A DNA stretch of 64,000 bases from an uncultured Pseudomonadales bacterium (GTDB lineage Bacteria; Patescibacteriota; Microgenomatia; UBA1400; PJMF01): NCBI GenBank assembly GCA_964653045.1, contig CAZZBW010000002.1, forward strand, positions 298-64,297. Direction: 5' to 3'. Position 1 is the stretch's first letter, and each line of letters starts with the position of its first letter. The notes beneath the pieces are model-generated. The model ran no database searches, was not told the DNA's origin, and saw only the letters and a program-made list of their open reading frames with translations. Shown here piece after piece: positions 17,295 through 27,102 of the stretch. The translations under genes were made by a program, and so were the position numbers.

Positions 17295-18365
17295 TTATTT
17301 TATTAACCAACGCAAAGTAACCACATAAATTAACCAGCTGATAATTTTTTGCCAAAAGTTAATAATGAGACGGTCAATGATAACAATAGTACTGACAACT
17401 TTATGTGCGAAACTGTCATCCTTATTATCTTCGATCGTATCCAAGTCGGTACTCACACCTAATACCACTGGCTCGCTTAAACCAATTTCTTTGGCACTAC
17501 CAAACTTGAGTTGATTAGATGCTTGCTCAATCGCAATTAGATTTTCTTCTTTGATTAGCTGAGACTGCTGGTCATTATTCTGGGGTACCACCGATTCCGG
17601 CACGATCAGATAACTAGCCGTAGTTAGATCTTTGAGCAAGTTAGTGCCTTCGCCATTATTTTCCAACACTAGCGATGAAGGCAAGAATCTAACTTGGGTT
17701 AATCCAGCCTGCTTTGCTTTAAATACAGCAGTAGCAAACACTCCCCGCTCGGCAAAAAAACCGGGGTTGGGTAAACCCCCACTAATCCGGCCATACCCAA
17801 GCTCATTATCAATTTGCTTCTGAATAAAAATACTGGCAAAAGAATCTTGTGTGACTATGTCAACTAACTCTAACGATCGAGGATCGAACACAAAATCAGA
17901 CTGAATGGCATTAATCGGTTTCTTTATCCCAACCAGCTCGATCGGCATGAGAAAGGTTTCACCAATTGCGTATTGCCCTTCAGATGGAATCACAAAAGTA
18001 ATAGTTTTTTCGGTTAAATTAAACCCAGATCGAGCAAGAATTGTTCCCTCTAGCACCACCATCCCCATAGAAACCATGGAAATGAGTAAGATCAAAAATG
18101 CATTTAAAATACTGGAACGAAAGTTTTTCGGTGCAGAAACTTTTTCATCAGAAACATAACTCCGACAAAAAGGACAGACATCGCCTGTCTTACGTGTTTG
18201 GCACATCAGACAAGGAATTGATCCAGGAGCAAGTAACCACCAAACCGGGTACATTAGCGCCAAAAAGACCCCAAAAAAAGCTAGCAAATGTCCCAAGAAA
18301 AACGAGGCAATCACTAACGCGAACAGGCGAAAAAAGATGGTCAGAATCGAGGCTCGCTGTTGCAT
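17295..18365 (-). CDS. hypothetical membrane protein with zinc-ribbon motif (first gene of the surface-protein operon as read 3' to 5')
   Basis: Two N-terminal TM helices, CLMCQ...CPFC zinc ribbon, a third TM helix, then an extracytoplasmic domain. Confidence 0.45.
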   Translation of the reverse strand: MQQRASILTIFFRLFALVIASFFLGHLLAFFGVFLALMYPVWWLLAPGSIPCLMCQTRKTGDVCPFCRSYVSDEKVSAPKNFRSSILNAFLILLISMVSMGMVVLEGTILARSGFNLTEKTITFVIPSEGQYAIGETFLMPIELVGIKKPINAIQSDFVFDPRSLELVDIVTQDSFASIFIQKQIDNELGYGRISGGLPNPGFFAERGVFATAVFKAKQAGLTQVRFLPSSLVLENNGEGTNLLKDLTTASYLIVPESVVPQNNDQQSQLIKEENLIAIEQASNQLKFGSAKEIGLSEPVVLGVSTDLDTIEDNKDDSFAHKVVSTIVIIDRLIINFWQKIISWLIYVVTLRWLIK

Positions 18366-18391
18366 TTTTAGCTGATACTAAATAATACCAC

Positions 18392-19447
18392 TTATTCCTT
18401 CTCTACCCAATACATTAAAATTGAAAAATCAATAATATCGCAGCGTTGGTCCGCATTCAGATCGCAGGTTGCTAAATTCTGTTTCACTGGATAGTAGGCA
18501 TTCCACCAATGCTCTGATATCCGGTCAAGCATAAATGGATCTAATCTTCCAGATTGATTAAAATCATACTGACGCAAAATTTCGGGGAGCGACTCAACAG
18601 TTGGTGCAACAACTACATTCGGTTGACCAAAATCGAGTTTACCATCGCTGATTACCGTTGGCGCTGGTGTCATGACTGAATCTGTCGTTCCTTCACCTTC
18701 ATCATCGCTGTCGTCACCAGCTCCTGGGGATTGAGTGGGAGTGGGCGTGGGTAAAGGAGTTGGAGTTGGCGACGGGACTTGAAAGAACAGCACGCTGAAA
18801 CTCCCTACATTAATTTCTTGGCTAGCAAACCCATGATAAATGACTGTGGCGACAACTGGGAAAGTTACACCGGGCTGAAGATTAACAGCTGAGATTGATC
18901 CCGACCAATACCCTTGCTCACCAGCGGTGAATGAGAGAAAGTAATCAGCGCCAACCATCAGCTCCACCACACTTCCTGGTGGAGCCCAACCAGAAATTAG
19001 CAGTTGCTCATCGGGTAAAACCTGAGTGGCAGAGAGCTCAGCTGTAGGGGGAAAAACTATGTTCGAGAGGGTAGTCTCGACAGTTGGAGTGAGATAGACT
19101 GAGTACTCGACTGTGTCGGTCATCGATCCAGATGGAAGGTGAGTGGAACTCAACTGAAAAACTTTGTTTTCTGGGGTCTGAGCGGTAAGGGTTTTGGTGA
19201 AAAAACCTTGCTCGTCACTAAGAGCCGTGCCGACGGCCACGCCGTTTTCTTTGATGGTCACTAATGAGTTTGGCGCTGTCCAGCCGGAAAAAGTGACAAC
19301 CGTGTCACCGACGTCAATACTGAGAGTCAGCTCAGTTTGAGCTTTAGCGGAAGATAAACCACCCCACATGCCCACAATTACCAAAAAAATTCCTATCCAA
19401 AATTTCACTCTTAAGTTCAAAAACAGCGGGCAGATGCGCGTGCTCAT
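18392..19447 (-). CDS. secreted protein with Pro/Thr linker and C-terminal dockerin-like tandem Ca-binding repeats
   Basis: Signal peptide; PSPTPTPLPTPTPTQSP linker; DFNQSGRLDPFMLDRI and DLNADQRCDIIDFSILMYW resemble dockerin repeats. Confidence 0.5.
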   Translation of the reverse strand: MSTRICPLFLNLRVKFWIGIFLVIVGMWGGLSSAKAQTELTLSIDVGDTVVTFSGWTAPNSLVTIKENGVAVGTALSDEQGFFTKTLTAQTPENKVFQLSSTHLPSGSMTDTVEYSVYLTPTVETTLSNIVFPPTAELSATQVLPDEQLLISGWAPPGSVVELMVGADYFLSFTAGEQGYWSGSISAVNLQPGVTFPVVATVIYHGFASQEINVGSFSVLFFQVPSPTPTPLPTPTPTQSPGAGDDSDDEGEGTTDSVMTPAPTVISDGKLDFGQPNVVVAPTVESLPEILRQYDFNQSGRLDPFMLDRISEHWWNAYYPVKQNLATCDLNADQRCDIIDFSILMYWVEKE

Positions 19448-19462
19448 GGCAAATAATCTTCC

Positions 19463-20410
19463 TCATTCTGTTGGGTCCAAGCCCCGAAATAATATTTTAA
19501 GAGCCTTGGACAACCTTTTTCTGATTTTCACTAAGATGATCATGACTATCAGGGCTCCCACCGCTATTCCAGCCAGCAACTTATATGGCAGAACGAAAAA
19601 AGTCACAGAAGCGCTGGCCAACTCGGTTTTTTGACCTGCAGCCACAGAAATAGTGGCGACATACCGGCCAAACAGTCTATCTTTATTCCACTGCGTCTCA
19701 ATCCGACGAATCGCTTGAGGCAAAACGTTACGCTGGTCTAGATCAAATTTATCCACTACCCGACCAAACACATCAGTAATGGTAATACTTCCTTTGACCT
19801 TAATATGAACATTGCCGGCATTGCTGACCCTGAGCACAAAATCTACTGGGGCTCGCTCAAAGAGTTCCTTAGTGGTACTAAACTCCTCGATCGCCCACGA
19901 CTCTTTGACCTCGCCTGCAACTCTGAGCAAGATCAGCGCACCTATCTCTTGGACCACTGATGCACCCTGTGCATTTGGTCCAGCTCCGCCAGTTTTGAAC
20001 ACCACTGAAGCAAAGTGCCCACCGGGCTCAGCATTATCTGGAACTGGGATAAAAATCGTGAAGGTTTGATTAGAACGGGGAGGAATAACTGCAGTAACAG
20101 GTGAAACTTGGATCCACTCGGCAAGGGTGTTGGTCAGCTTTTCGCCACTTAGCTCAACGGAACCCTCCTCGCCCCGTGCCACAAATAAGCGCTTATCAAC
20201 ACTTATTTCTAACGGTTTATCACCTGCGTTTTCAACTTTGAGTGTGTTTGTCAAAGTATCACCGCGATTGGCAGATAACTCAAAAGTGGGAGGAGTAATA
20301 ACTAGCCCTGTTTCTTGTGCCAAAACTAGAGAAGCTGAAATGCCAAAGCAAAAAACAAATAGCAAGCAGAATAACGAAAGGACTAAAGTTACTTTCGCAA
20401 GATGTCTCAT
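19463..20410 (-). CDS. cell-surface protein with N-terminal signal and C-terminal TM anchor (DUF916-like architecture)
   Basis: Signal peptide, about 250-aa beta-rich ectodomain (LVITPPTFEL...), C-terminal TM plus basic tail; paralogue of 21551-22495. Confidence 0.5.
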   Translation of the reverse strand: MRHLAKVTLVLSLFCLLFVFCFGISASLVLAQETGLVITPPTFELSANRGDTLTNTLKVENAGDKPLEISVDKRLFVARGEEGSVELSGEKLTNTLAEWIQVSPVTAVIPPRSNQTFTIFIPVPDNAEPGGHFASVVFKTGGAGPNAQGASVVQEIGALILLRVAGEVKESWAIEEFSTTKELFERAPVDFVLRVSNAGNVHIKVKGSITITDVFGRVVDKFDLDQRNVLPQAIRRIETQWNKDRLFGRYVATISVAAGQKTELASASVTFFVLPYKLLAGIAVGALIVMIILVKIRKRLSKALKILFRGLDPTE

Positions 20411-20455
20411 CGGGATTTGATTATAACTGCAAGCTTGACCAGTTGCAATTCAGGC

Positions 20456-21517
20456 TTAATAAGTTGGTGTTGCGGTATAAATTACCGTAGTGGTGTAATT
20501 ACCAGCTGGAGTACTTGAAGACACACCCACCTGATAGCCAACACGAGTGGTTTCTGTACCACTGGTTGGGGTAGCACGAGTGGCCACTACTTCATTGCTA
20601 GCAGTAAAAGCTGCCCACTTGTTTGTCGCAAATTGAGTCAAATCAGCATCATTGGTGGTGTAACCAAAGTCTTCGTCATCGACACTCTGCGGAAAGATAG
20701 TTGGAACAGTGTGGGTCCCTGAGTGATCATCAATATCTGCAGTACTATATGTTGGCTTGCCTGTATATCGAACATACACTGAATAGCCTGTCGTAGAGTT
20801 GGTGCCTACATTCAAATCATGCGCTGCGATTGCATTGGTTGCGGCAGTAACCGTACCAAGTGGAATAGTGTTAGCATCAGTCACTGTGGCTACTGTGGTG
20901 GTAGCACCATTAACAGACTGAGAACCAGCCACGCCCGTGATCGTGAAAGACAGAGATGGATCGACGGTGAGAGATACAACTTGACCGTCGGTGTAAATGA
21001 ACATGACCGTGGCATAATCGACTTCGTTGCCTGCTGTACAGCTTGCATCTGTGTAGGTATTGAAAATTGCGTAATATCCAGTGTCAGCAACTGAGCCATT
21101 AGCTACCCCATCCAAAACAACCGTCCTTCCGCTCGCACCACCAGGGGTAGCGCCAGTAACGTCAGTATACTGGATTTTTCCACCACTGACAGTCTTCGAC
21201 CAACCATTCAAACCAGTGATATAGGTACTACTGGCATTGACGGCGGCGCTGGCCAAACTCAGGCCTGATGGCGCCGATCCTCCAGCAGCAGTGGTGGCAA
21301 ACTCAAGTTCAACACACTTGACCGTTGTGGTGGTATCGACATTACTAAAGGTCGCAGTATAAGTCACAGTTGTCGCGGAGGGGCGAGAATCATCAACGCT
21401 TAATGATCCAGCGGTCAATGCATTAGCACTTGCGAGAGGGACTAAGCCAAACAACGATTGGCCGAGGAAGAAACTGACCATTAAAAGTAGGGCGGGTAAG
21501 GACTTTCTATTTGTCAT
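20456..21517 (-). CDS. secreted Thr/Gly-rich surface protein with conserved C-terminal domain ending TTTVIYTATPTY (WxL-like)
   Basis: Signal peptide; the C-terminal 200 aa are homologous to the C-terminus of the 1520-aa protein (..YSTTVIYAVTPQY). Confidence 0.5.
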   Translation of the reverse strand: MTNRKSLPALLLMVSFFLGQSLFGLVPLASANALTAGSLSVDDSRPSATTVTYTATFSNVDTTTTVKCVELEFATTAAGGSAPSGLSLASAAVNASSTYITGLNGWSKTVSGGKIQYTDVTGATPGGASGRTVVLDGVANGSVADTGYYAIFNTYTDASCTAGNEVDYATVMFIYTDGQVVSLTVDPSLSFTITGVAGSQSVNGATTTVATVTDANTIPLGTVTAATNAIAAHDLNVGTNSTTGYSVYVRYTGKPTYSTADIDDHSGTHTVPTIFPQSVDDEDFGYTTNDADLTQFATNKWAAFTASNEVVATRATPTSGTETTRVGYQVGVSSSTPAGNYTTTVIYTATPTY

Positions 21518-21550
21518 AATCGGATCCTTTAATAAGTACTCTATCTGGTT

Positions 21551-22495
21551 CTAAGAATTTTTTACTAACACGCGCAAAGCAGATAAAACTCTGCGTCTAT
21601 TCAGAGAAGCAATGATCAAAATGGCTGTCAATAGTGAAAATCCGATCGCGGATAGAAGTTGGGCGAGAGAGATGTTGAACACATAGAGGGTTAAAGTACT
21701 GGCCGGGGGCGCCGCAGACCGGAGGTCTGCGGCGCTTAACCAAGTGTTCACTTGATACACTCCCAAGCGTGGTGCCTCAGGCCAACTGAGTTTCATCTGC
21801 TTGGTATTGAGTGGCAACACAATTCGTGGCTCTGCTACCAAATAAGTTTTCTGGCCAAATGGCCAAGATTTAATCACCAGCTCAGGTTGGAGCAGTTGGT
21901 GAACATTACCATAATTTTTGAGAGTCAGGTTAAAGTTAATCTCCCCTGTTTCTGCCAGAATTTCTTTTTGTATATCTGTCAGCAGGACTTTCTCAATCCG
22001 CTCACCAGCTACATCGATAAAAATCAACGCTCCTACTCTCGGCACAACGGCACTACCTTGGAACTGCGAAAGTTCGCTTAACGCAGCAACTTCAAAAAAC
22101 ACGGTGGCATAATGGCCGCCCGGACCGAGATCGTCCGGCGCGGCCACTTCAATTTGTACTTGAGTCGTCTTCCCAACTTCAATAATGAACGATTCGGGCT
22201 CAACTCTGACCAAGTGTGACGCATCATACCGAATCCGCGCTTCAGGAGTGTCACTCAGTTCATCTGAGTTGAGCCCCATCACAAAACTCTTGACTGGCAA
22301 GGGTTGGGCAGTTTTGTTAAACACGGTTAATTCCCGCGTTTGGGTATCTCCTGCCTTGAGATCAAACTCCAAGATTGCCGGACTGATTGTTAACGAGTTA
22401 AGTGAGTCTGCATAAGCAACCCCAGATTCCAACCACCACAAACAGAGAGCAACAAAAAATCCGCTGATCAATTTAATACTGGGGTGTAACTGCAT
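21551..22495 (-). CDS. cell-surface protein with signal peptide and C-terminal TM anchor (DUF916-like), paralogue of 19463-20410
   Basis: The ORF-track N-terminal 125 aa overlap the upstream gene in another frame, so the start is moved to the ATG at 22495 (MQLHPSIKLISGFFVALCLWW signal peptide); C-terminal TM LLSAIGFSLLTAILIIASL. Confidence 0.5.
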   Translation of the reverse strand: MQLHPSIKLISGFFVALCLWWLESGVAYADSLNSLTISPAILEFDLKAGDTQTRELTVFNKTAQPLPVKSFVMGLNSDELSDTPEARIRYDASHLVRVEPESFIIEVGKTTQVQIEVAAPDDLGPGGHYATVFFEVAALSELSQFQGSAVVPRVGALIFIDVAGERIEKVLLTDIQKEILAETGEINFNLTLKNYGNVHQLLQPELVIKSWPFGQKTYLVAEPRIVLPLNTKQMKLSWPEAPRLGVYQVNTWLSAADLRSAAPPASTLTLYVFNISLAQLLSAIGFSLLTAILIIASLNRRRVLSALRVLVKNS

Positions 22496-25400
22496 AAATA
22501 ACGGTGGTTGAGTACTGCGTGGCGGCTTGACCGCTGTCGACCCGGACCTTGAGATCAACGTTGAACTGTTCATTAGTAATGGGCGTACCGCTGACTGCCG
22601 CAGTGTGATCAGCCATAATATCACCGGGAGATTCTTGATCGAATGGAGCGTAACAAGGCGGCGAACCTCCACCTGGGCATGGTGTGTCATTGAAAAGATC
22701 AACTCCTTGGATCGAGGTATCACTCGAGTGGTAACCAAAACCCAGATCTCCGGTACCCCACTCTGCTGGTGTAGCATAGCTACCTGCAGAAAAATTGGCA
22801 ATTTCGTTGGTCGGGTACAAAATTGATCTGAGTAGATCAGTGGTATAGGCACGGATGACGTAACCGGCATAAGCGTTGGTGGACGTCGTCAACGTCACTT
22901 GCTCAGTCGCAGTGTATGAATTACCTGGACCGAGATTATCGAAAGTCACATTCTCAGGAGAAACAGCAAAACTCAGAGTGGGCGCGACCAACTGGCCGTC
23001 CGAAGATGCCCCTGTACTGGTGTTACCAGCCAGATCGGTCGCGCGGACGGTGAAGTAGTACACCACTGAAGTTTGCAAGCTCTGACCACTGACAGTCACC
23101 GAAGTATCGGTACCCACATTAGTCCAGCTCACCAACTCAGTGCCACCAACTGTTGTCCCAATAGCATATTCATAGTAGTCTATTTCAGAAACAGCTTCAT
23201 TGAAACCAACAAAATTGGCGGACAAACTGGACAAAGAACCATCATTTAACATTTTATCTACTCCAGTTTCCGTCCCATCGTAAACCGTCCCATCATCGGG
23301 AGCCGTTGTATCGATTCCAAAATCACGCTCTGCCTCGGTATTGTTACCAAAACTCACCCAATCGGAGTAAGCACCAAAACTATCTTTGGTTCGAGCCTGC
23401 CAATGATACTCCATTTCATCAGGCAACGAGCTGAGAGTTACAGTAGCTTCAACTGCAGAACCAGAATAGGCCACACCAGTACCACAACCCGTCTCGACAC
23501 CAGTAAAGCTTATGTTCAACGGCTGCACCTCAACACACAGCTGGAGAGTATCCGGGTTATCAGGATCCGACACATTGGCCGTAAACACGACCGAGGTTTC
23601 ATCGGTCCAGTCACCCACGCTCAATATTGTTTGGTCAGTCTTTTCTTGAGATAAATTCGTCGGATCATTTGGCGCGGTATTCATTGAGCCAAATGAAACC
23701 AACCAATCCTGGAGTTGAGGCGAGCCAGTACCATAGGTCAGGGTCGCCTTCAGATAGATCGTGGCATAAGTGGTAGTAGAAAGACCGCTTAGATCAACTC
23801 CAGCGCTGCCATCAAAGCCAGTGGAATTACCACTCAGAGCACCATCAGGAATAATGGTCGGTGTTCCAGAGTTATCATAAAAAACTTGATAAATAATGGT
23901 GCCATTAGTTTGGTCATCCCCCACCATAAAATACCCCCAAGTGGTTTCACTGGGCTGAATCTGGGCGGCAACGATCGGCGTGGACAGCACCATGTCGGTA
24001 CCAGAAGTGACTTGAACATAGTTACTGGTGTAGTTCACTTCTGCGTTGCTGCCCAACGTGTCTGATTCGAACTGCTCGCCGTGCGTCTCAAACCAAGCAT
24101 TACCTTTGCTTAGTGAAGTATCGATGGTGAGCGACCGGCGATCCGACCAGGCACTCCACGTCTCGGTACCTGCAATATCCATCGCTCTGACTTGATAAAA
24201 ATAGGTTGTGCCGTTGGTCAAGGCATTACCCGCTTGCACCGTGTAGCTGATGGTGTCTCCTGCGGTGAAAGGATCTAGATCGGATTCGTTGCCAACATTA
24301 AGAAAGCCTAGATCTGTTTCAGAAACATCATCAATTTCAGGAGAGGTGAAACTAGGATCAGAGCTTATTTGAATTTGGTAAGTAAGATTATTGCTCTCAG
24401 TATCAGTTGATTTAAATCGAATGATTGGCGTGGTATCAGTAATTTTTGCTTTATCGTAATAGAGATTTCCTTCGATAGTTGGTTTGGTGGCTGGCGTCCC
24501 TACTGAAGTTTTTTTGGCAATCACCACGTCGCGGTAGGGAGGGAGATGCGGCTGAGTATCAAATGACAGCGTCACGTCATGAGTGTGAGTGCTTGTTGCC
24601 TGGTTTCCATAGGGCTTTTGATTCGTCCCACCACTACTTGCACTTGGTCCACCTGATGTAACAGTGGCATTGGTGTGATTATGACTGGCAGTCCCATTTA
24701 CTGAAGCATAACTACTGGCGCCCCGCAAAAACCGCTGATAAAACGCCCCACCGCTATCTGACAACGATGTCCAATTAGTACCTATTGTTCCTTCCACCAT
24801 CACAATCTCTCCACCGGTAAAATATTTATCAGCCCCACTAGTATTTTTATAAAGTAAAACGTCTATCCGATCAGGCAAGTGTGTGGCTGAAGCGTTGGTC
24901 CCAGAGACAGTGTGCGTGTGTGTATCTATAGCAAAACTCCCGGCTGCACCAGTAGCACCACCAAAATTACTGGACGCTGTCAATGATCCAGAATAATTAT
25001 GAGTGTGATTATCAGCTCCTCCAGTGCCAGTGGTATTACCCTCGCCTCGGAGAAAGGCAAGGTCTTGAGTCGAGTAACGGGTCCAACCAGTTACTGGTGA
25101 AGGTGTTGCGTCAAACATCAAAATTAAACCATCGGGAATACTGGTTGGCACACCTGTGGTATCGTACTTAATTACTTTTAGATTGCGATAAGTTGGCAGG
25201 TTGGTGCCCACTCCAGTAGAAGCACCACTCCAACCGTGAGTATGAGTGGACAATGTCTGGATCAAAGAATTATTGCGATAAGGTAGTGTTGAATTAGCCC
25301 CTGTATGACTGACAAAAGTCATACCGTGACTATGTTCAATAAGACCACCAGTGCCGCCAGAAGTGGCGGCACCACGAGGAAAGACTTGGTAATACGGTTC

Positions 25401-27035
25401 AGTTGATAAACACGATACACAAGACCAACCGGTGGGTGGGGTTGCACCATCCCAAAAGGCTAAGACGTTGTAGACAGCATCGGAAGCCACCTGCCACTGG
25501 CGCAACTCTTGAAAAATAATCGTTTCTTGATTAGTCACGGTTCCTGCACTGCTGGTGGCGGCAGAATCTGATGCAACTTCGGCATCTGGTAACGAATCAG
25601 CGTTGACGTCAGCGGATTCCGTCGAGTCTAGCACTGGCTCAAGAATCACATTACTATCTGCTTCAATCTGGTTGGAAGGAGAGGACTCGGCCGCTGCGGT
25701 TGGTGATTCGTCAGTGAAAATATCGAGATCCAACGCTCCCTCAATTACTTGCGTCGACTCCACCAACCGCAGTGGCCCCAGCAGATAAAACTGCGGGGAT
25801 ATTTCCGGAGCTTGATATTGATACCCAATTAGCAATATTTCATCTGGGTCCAGCACTTCATCCCAAATGATATTTTGCACACCGTTCTCTACGTCAATTT
25901 CAATCCGATCGTAATCGCGAAACCCGGCACCGACAAATGGTGAAATCTCAAACTCAAGTGGCACCGGCTCGATGATCGAGCCGGTGAACTCTTGTCTGGC
26001 CACCACCTCCACCATCACCGAGTAAGTGTTGGGTGGGTAAATCCGGGTGGCCGACGAGTGCTCAATCTCAAATGGGACCTCATCCCAAACCTCAATGTAA
26101 TCGCTAACAGCGTAACTACCGTTGACAGTGACTGCGCTCAGTTCTAGCTCGTATCTGCCCACTCCTCCCAACTGGTAGGCAGACTGGTAATCCGGGACAT
26201 CGGTCACTGCACTTTCTTTGCACTCAGGATTGACAGTAATTAGTCCATTAGTTGTCGACAACTCATCAACTTTTTGCTGATCGGGATGATAAATTTTTAA
26301 ACTTAGATCTGCGTCACACACCATCGCGCCATTTTCATCCAACACGGCAAAAGCCAATTGCGCTTCTTCTTCTGGTAAATAGATTGATCGATTGGCATTC
26401 AGCGCTAAAACCCCCCAGGTGAAATCTTGGGCGAAAACTTCCCGATCTCCTTCGTAAACCTCAAGGTGAAACTTGCCCGGCCGGACACTGCCCACGGGCG
26501 TGACCAACAGCTGCCCATCTTCGAAGCTAGTTTGAATCGTCACTGGCTCCTCAGCATAATCTGTCACCACAATTTCCAACTCTTCTGGCTGATAATCTAG
26601 CAGCTCCAACTCGATTCCCTCGTTGATCTGGAAATCCTTGTCCTTCATTGTCAGCTTACGCATCCGCAATAACTCTTTGATAATGTTCCAAACTTGCGTC
26701 GGCTTGCTTTTTTCGACCTTTTGATCAGCATCAGTTTCGTCTGGAGCGATCGTCGGAGTAAGCGTTGGTGAAATTGATGGTGTAATTGTGGGGGAAATAG
26801 TTGGCGCCAAATCAGTTGGCTGAGGAACAAGTGCATCGGTTGGCTCGGCTTCAGCCGAGCCAACCGATGGTTCTAGCGTGATAGTAGGTAATTCTGGAGC
26901 ACTATGGATTGGCTGAATATTCGGAATAACAGATTCACTCACCTGTGCTTCTGCCTCGGCAACCATTCGGCCAACTCCCAACGAAAAACCAACCAACACA
27001 AACAAAGCCACGATAGTTGGCTTAAACTTAATCAT
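22473..27035 (-). CDS. giant secreted surface adhesin (1520 aa) with Ig/FN3-like domains, phage tail-fibre-like HxH / LPxYR repeats and WxL-like C-terminal domain
   Basis: Signal peptide, Pro-rich linker, acidic linker, and four to five repeats containing HxH (THTH, NHTH, SHNH) followed by LPxYR / FLRG motifs (aa about 565-840); C-terminus shared with 20456-21517. Confidence 0.6.
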   Translation of the reverse strand: MIKFKPTIVALFVLVGFSLGVGRMVAEAEAQVSESVIPNIQPIHSAPELPTITLEPSVGSAEAEPTDALVPQPTDLAPTISPTITPSISPTLTPTIAPDETDADQKVEKSKPTQVWNIIKELLRMRKLTMKDKDFQINEGIELELLDYQPEELEIVVTDYAEEPVTIQTSFEDGQLLVTPVGSVRPGKFHLEVYEGDREVFAQDFTWGVLALNANRSIYLPEEEAQLAFAVLDENGAMVCDADLSLKIYHPDQQKVDELSTTNGLITVNPECKESAVTDVPDYQSAYQLGGVGRYELELSAVTVNGSYAVSDYIEVWDEVPFEIEHSSATRIYPPNTYSVMVEVVARQEFTGSIIEPVPLEFEISPFVGAGFRDYDRIEIDVENGVQNIIWDEVLDPDEILLIGYQYQAPEISPQFYLLGPLRLVESTQVIEGALDLDIFTDESPTAAAESSPSNQIEADSNVILEPVLDSTESADVNADSLPDAEVASDSAATSSAGTVTNQETIIFQELRQWQVASDAVYNVLAFWDGATPPTGWSCVSCLSTEPYYQVFPRGAATSGGTGGLIEHSHGMTFVSHTGANSTLPYRNNSLIQTLSTHTHGWSGASTGVGTNLPTYRNLKVIKYDTTGVPTSIPDGLILMFDATPSPVTGWTRYSTQDLAFLRGEGNTTGTGGADNHTHNYSGSLTASSNFGGATGAAGSFAIDTHTHTVSGTNASATHLPDRIDVLLYKNTSGADKYFTGGEIVMVEGTIGTNWTSLSDSGGAFYQRFLRGASSYASVNGTASHNHTNATVTSGGPSASSGGTNQKPYGNQATSTHTHDVTLSFDTQPHLPPYRDVVIAKKTSVGTPATKPTIEGNLYYDKAKITDTTPIIRFKSTDTESNNLTYQIQISSDPSFTSPEIDDVSETDLGFLNVGNESDLDPFTAGDTISYTVQAGNALTNGTTYFYQVRAMDIAGTETWSAWSDRRSLTIDTSLSKGNAWFETHGEQFESDTLGSNAEVNYTSNYVQVTSGTDMVLSTPIVAAQIQPSETTWGYFMVGDDQTNGTIIYQVFYDNSGTPTIIPDGALSGNSTGFDGSAGVDLSGLSTTTYATIYLKATLTYGTGSPQLQDWLVSFGSMNTAPNDPTNLSQEKTDQTILSVGDWTDETSVVFTANVSDPDNPDTLQLCVEVQPLNISFTGVETGCGTGVAYSGSAVEATVTLSSLPDEMEYHWQARTKDSFGAYSDWVSFGNNTEAERDFGIDTTAPDDGTVYDGTETGVDKMLNDGSLSSLSANFVGFNEAVSEIDYYEYAIGTTVGGTELVSWTNVGTDTSVTVSGQSLQTSVVYYFTVRATDLAGNTSTGASSDGQLVAPTLSFAVSPENVTFDNLGPGNSYTATEQVTLTTSTNAYAGYVIRAYTTDLLRSILYPTNEIANFSAGSYATPAEWGTGDLGFGYHSSDTSIQGVDLFNDTPCPGGGSPPCYAPFDQESPGDIMADHTAAVSGTPITNEQFNVDLKVRVDSGQAATQYSTTVIYAVTPQY

Positions 27036-27102
27036 GATTACTGCTAATCATAATCTAATTTGGTGTAGAACTTCAACTTAAGATAGGTAATAGTCAAGAT
27101 TT

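Noticed and set aside
22496-22870. N-terminal 125 aa of ORF 21551-22870
   Set aside because: This stretch overlaps the 3' end of the 1520-aa gene in another frame. The downstream ATG at 22495 gives a canonical signal peptide and a length equal to the paralogue, so the extension is not coding.
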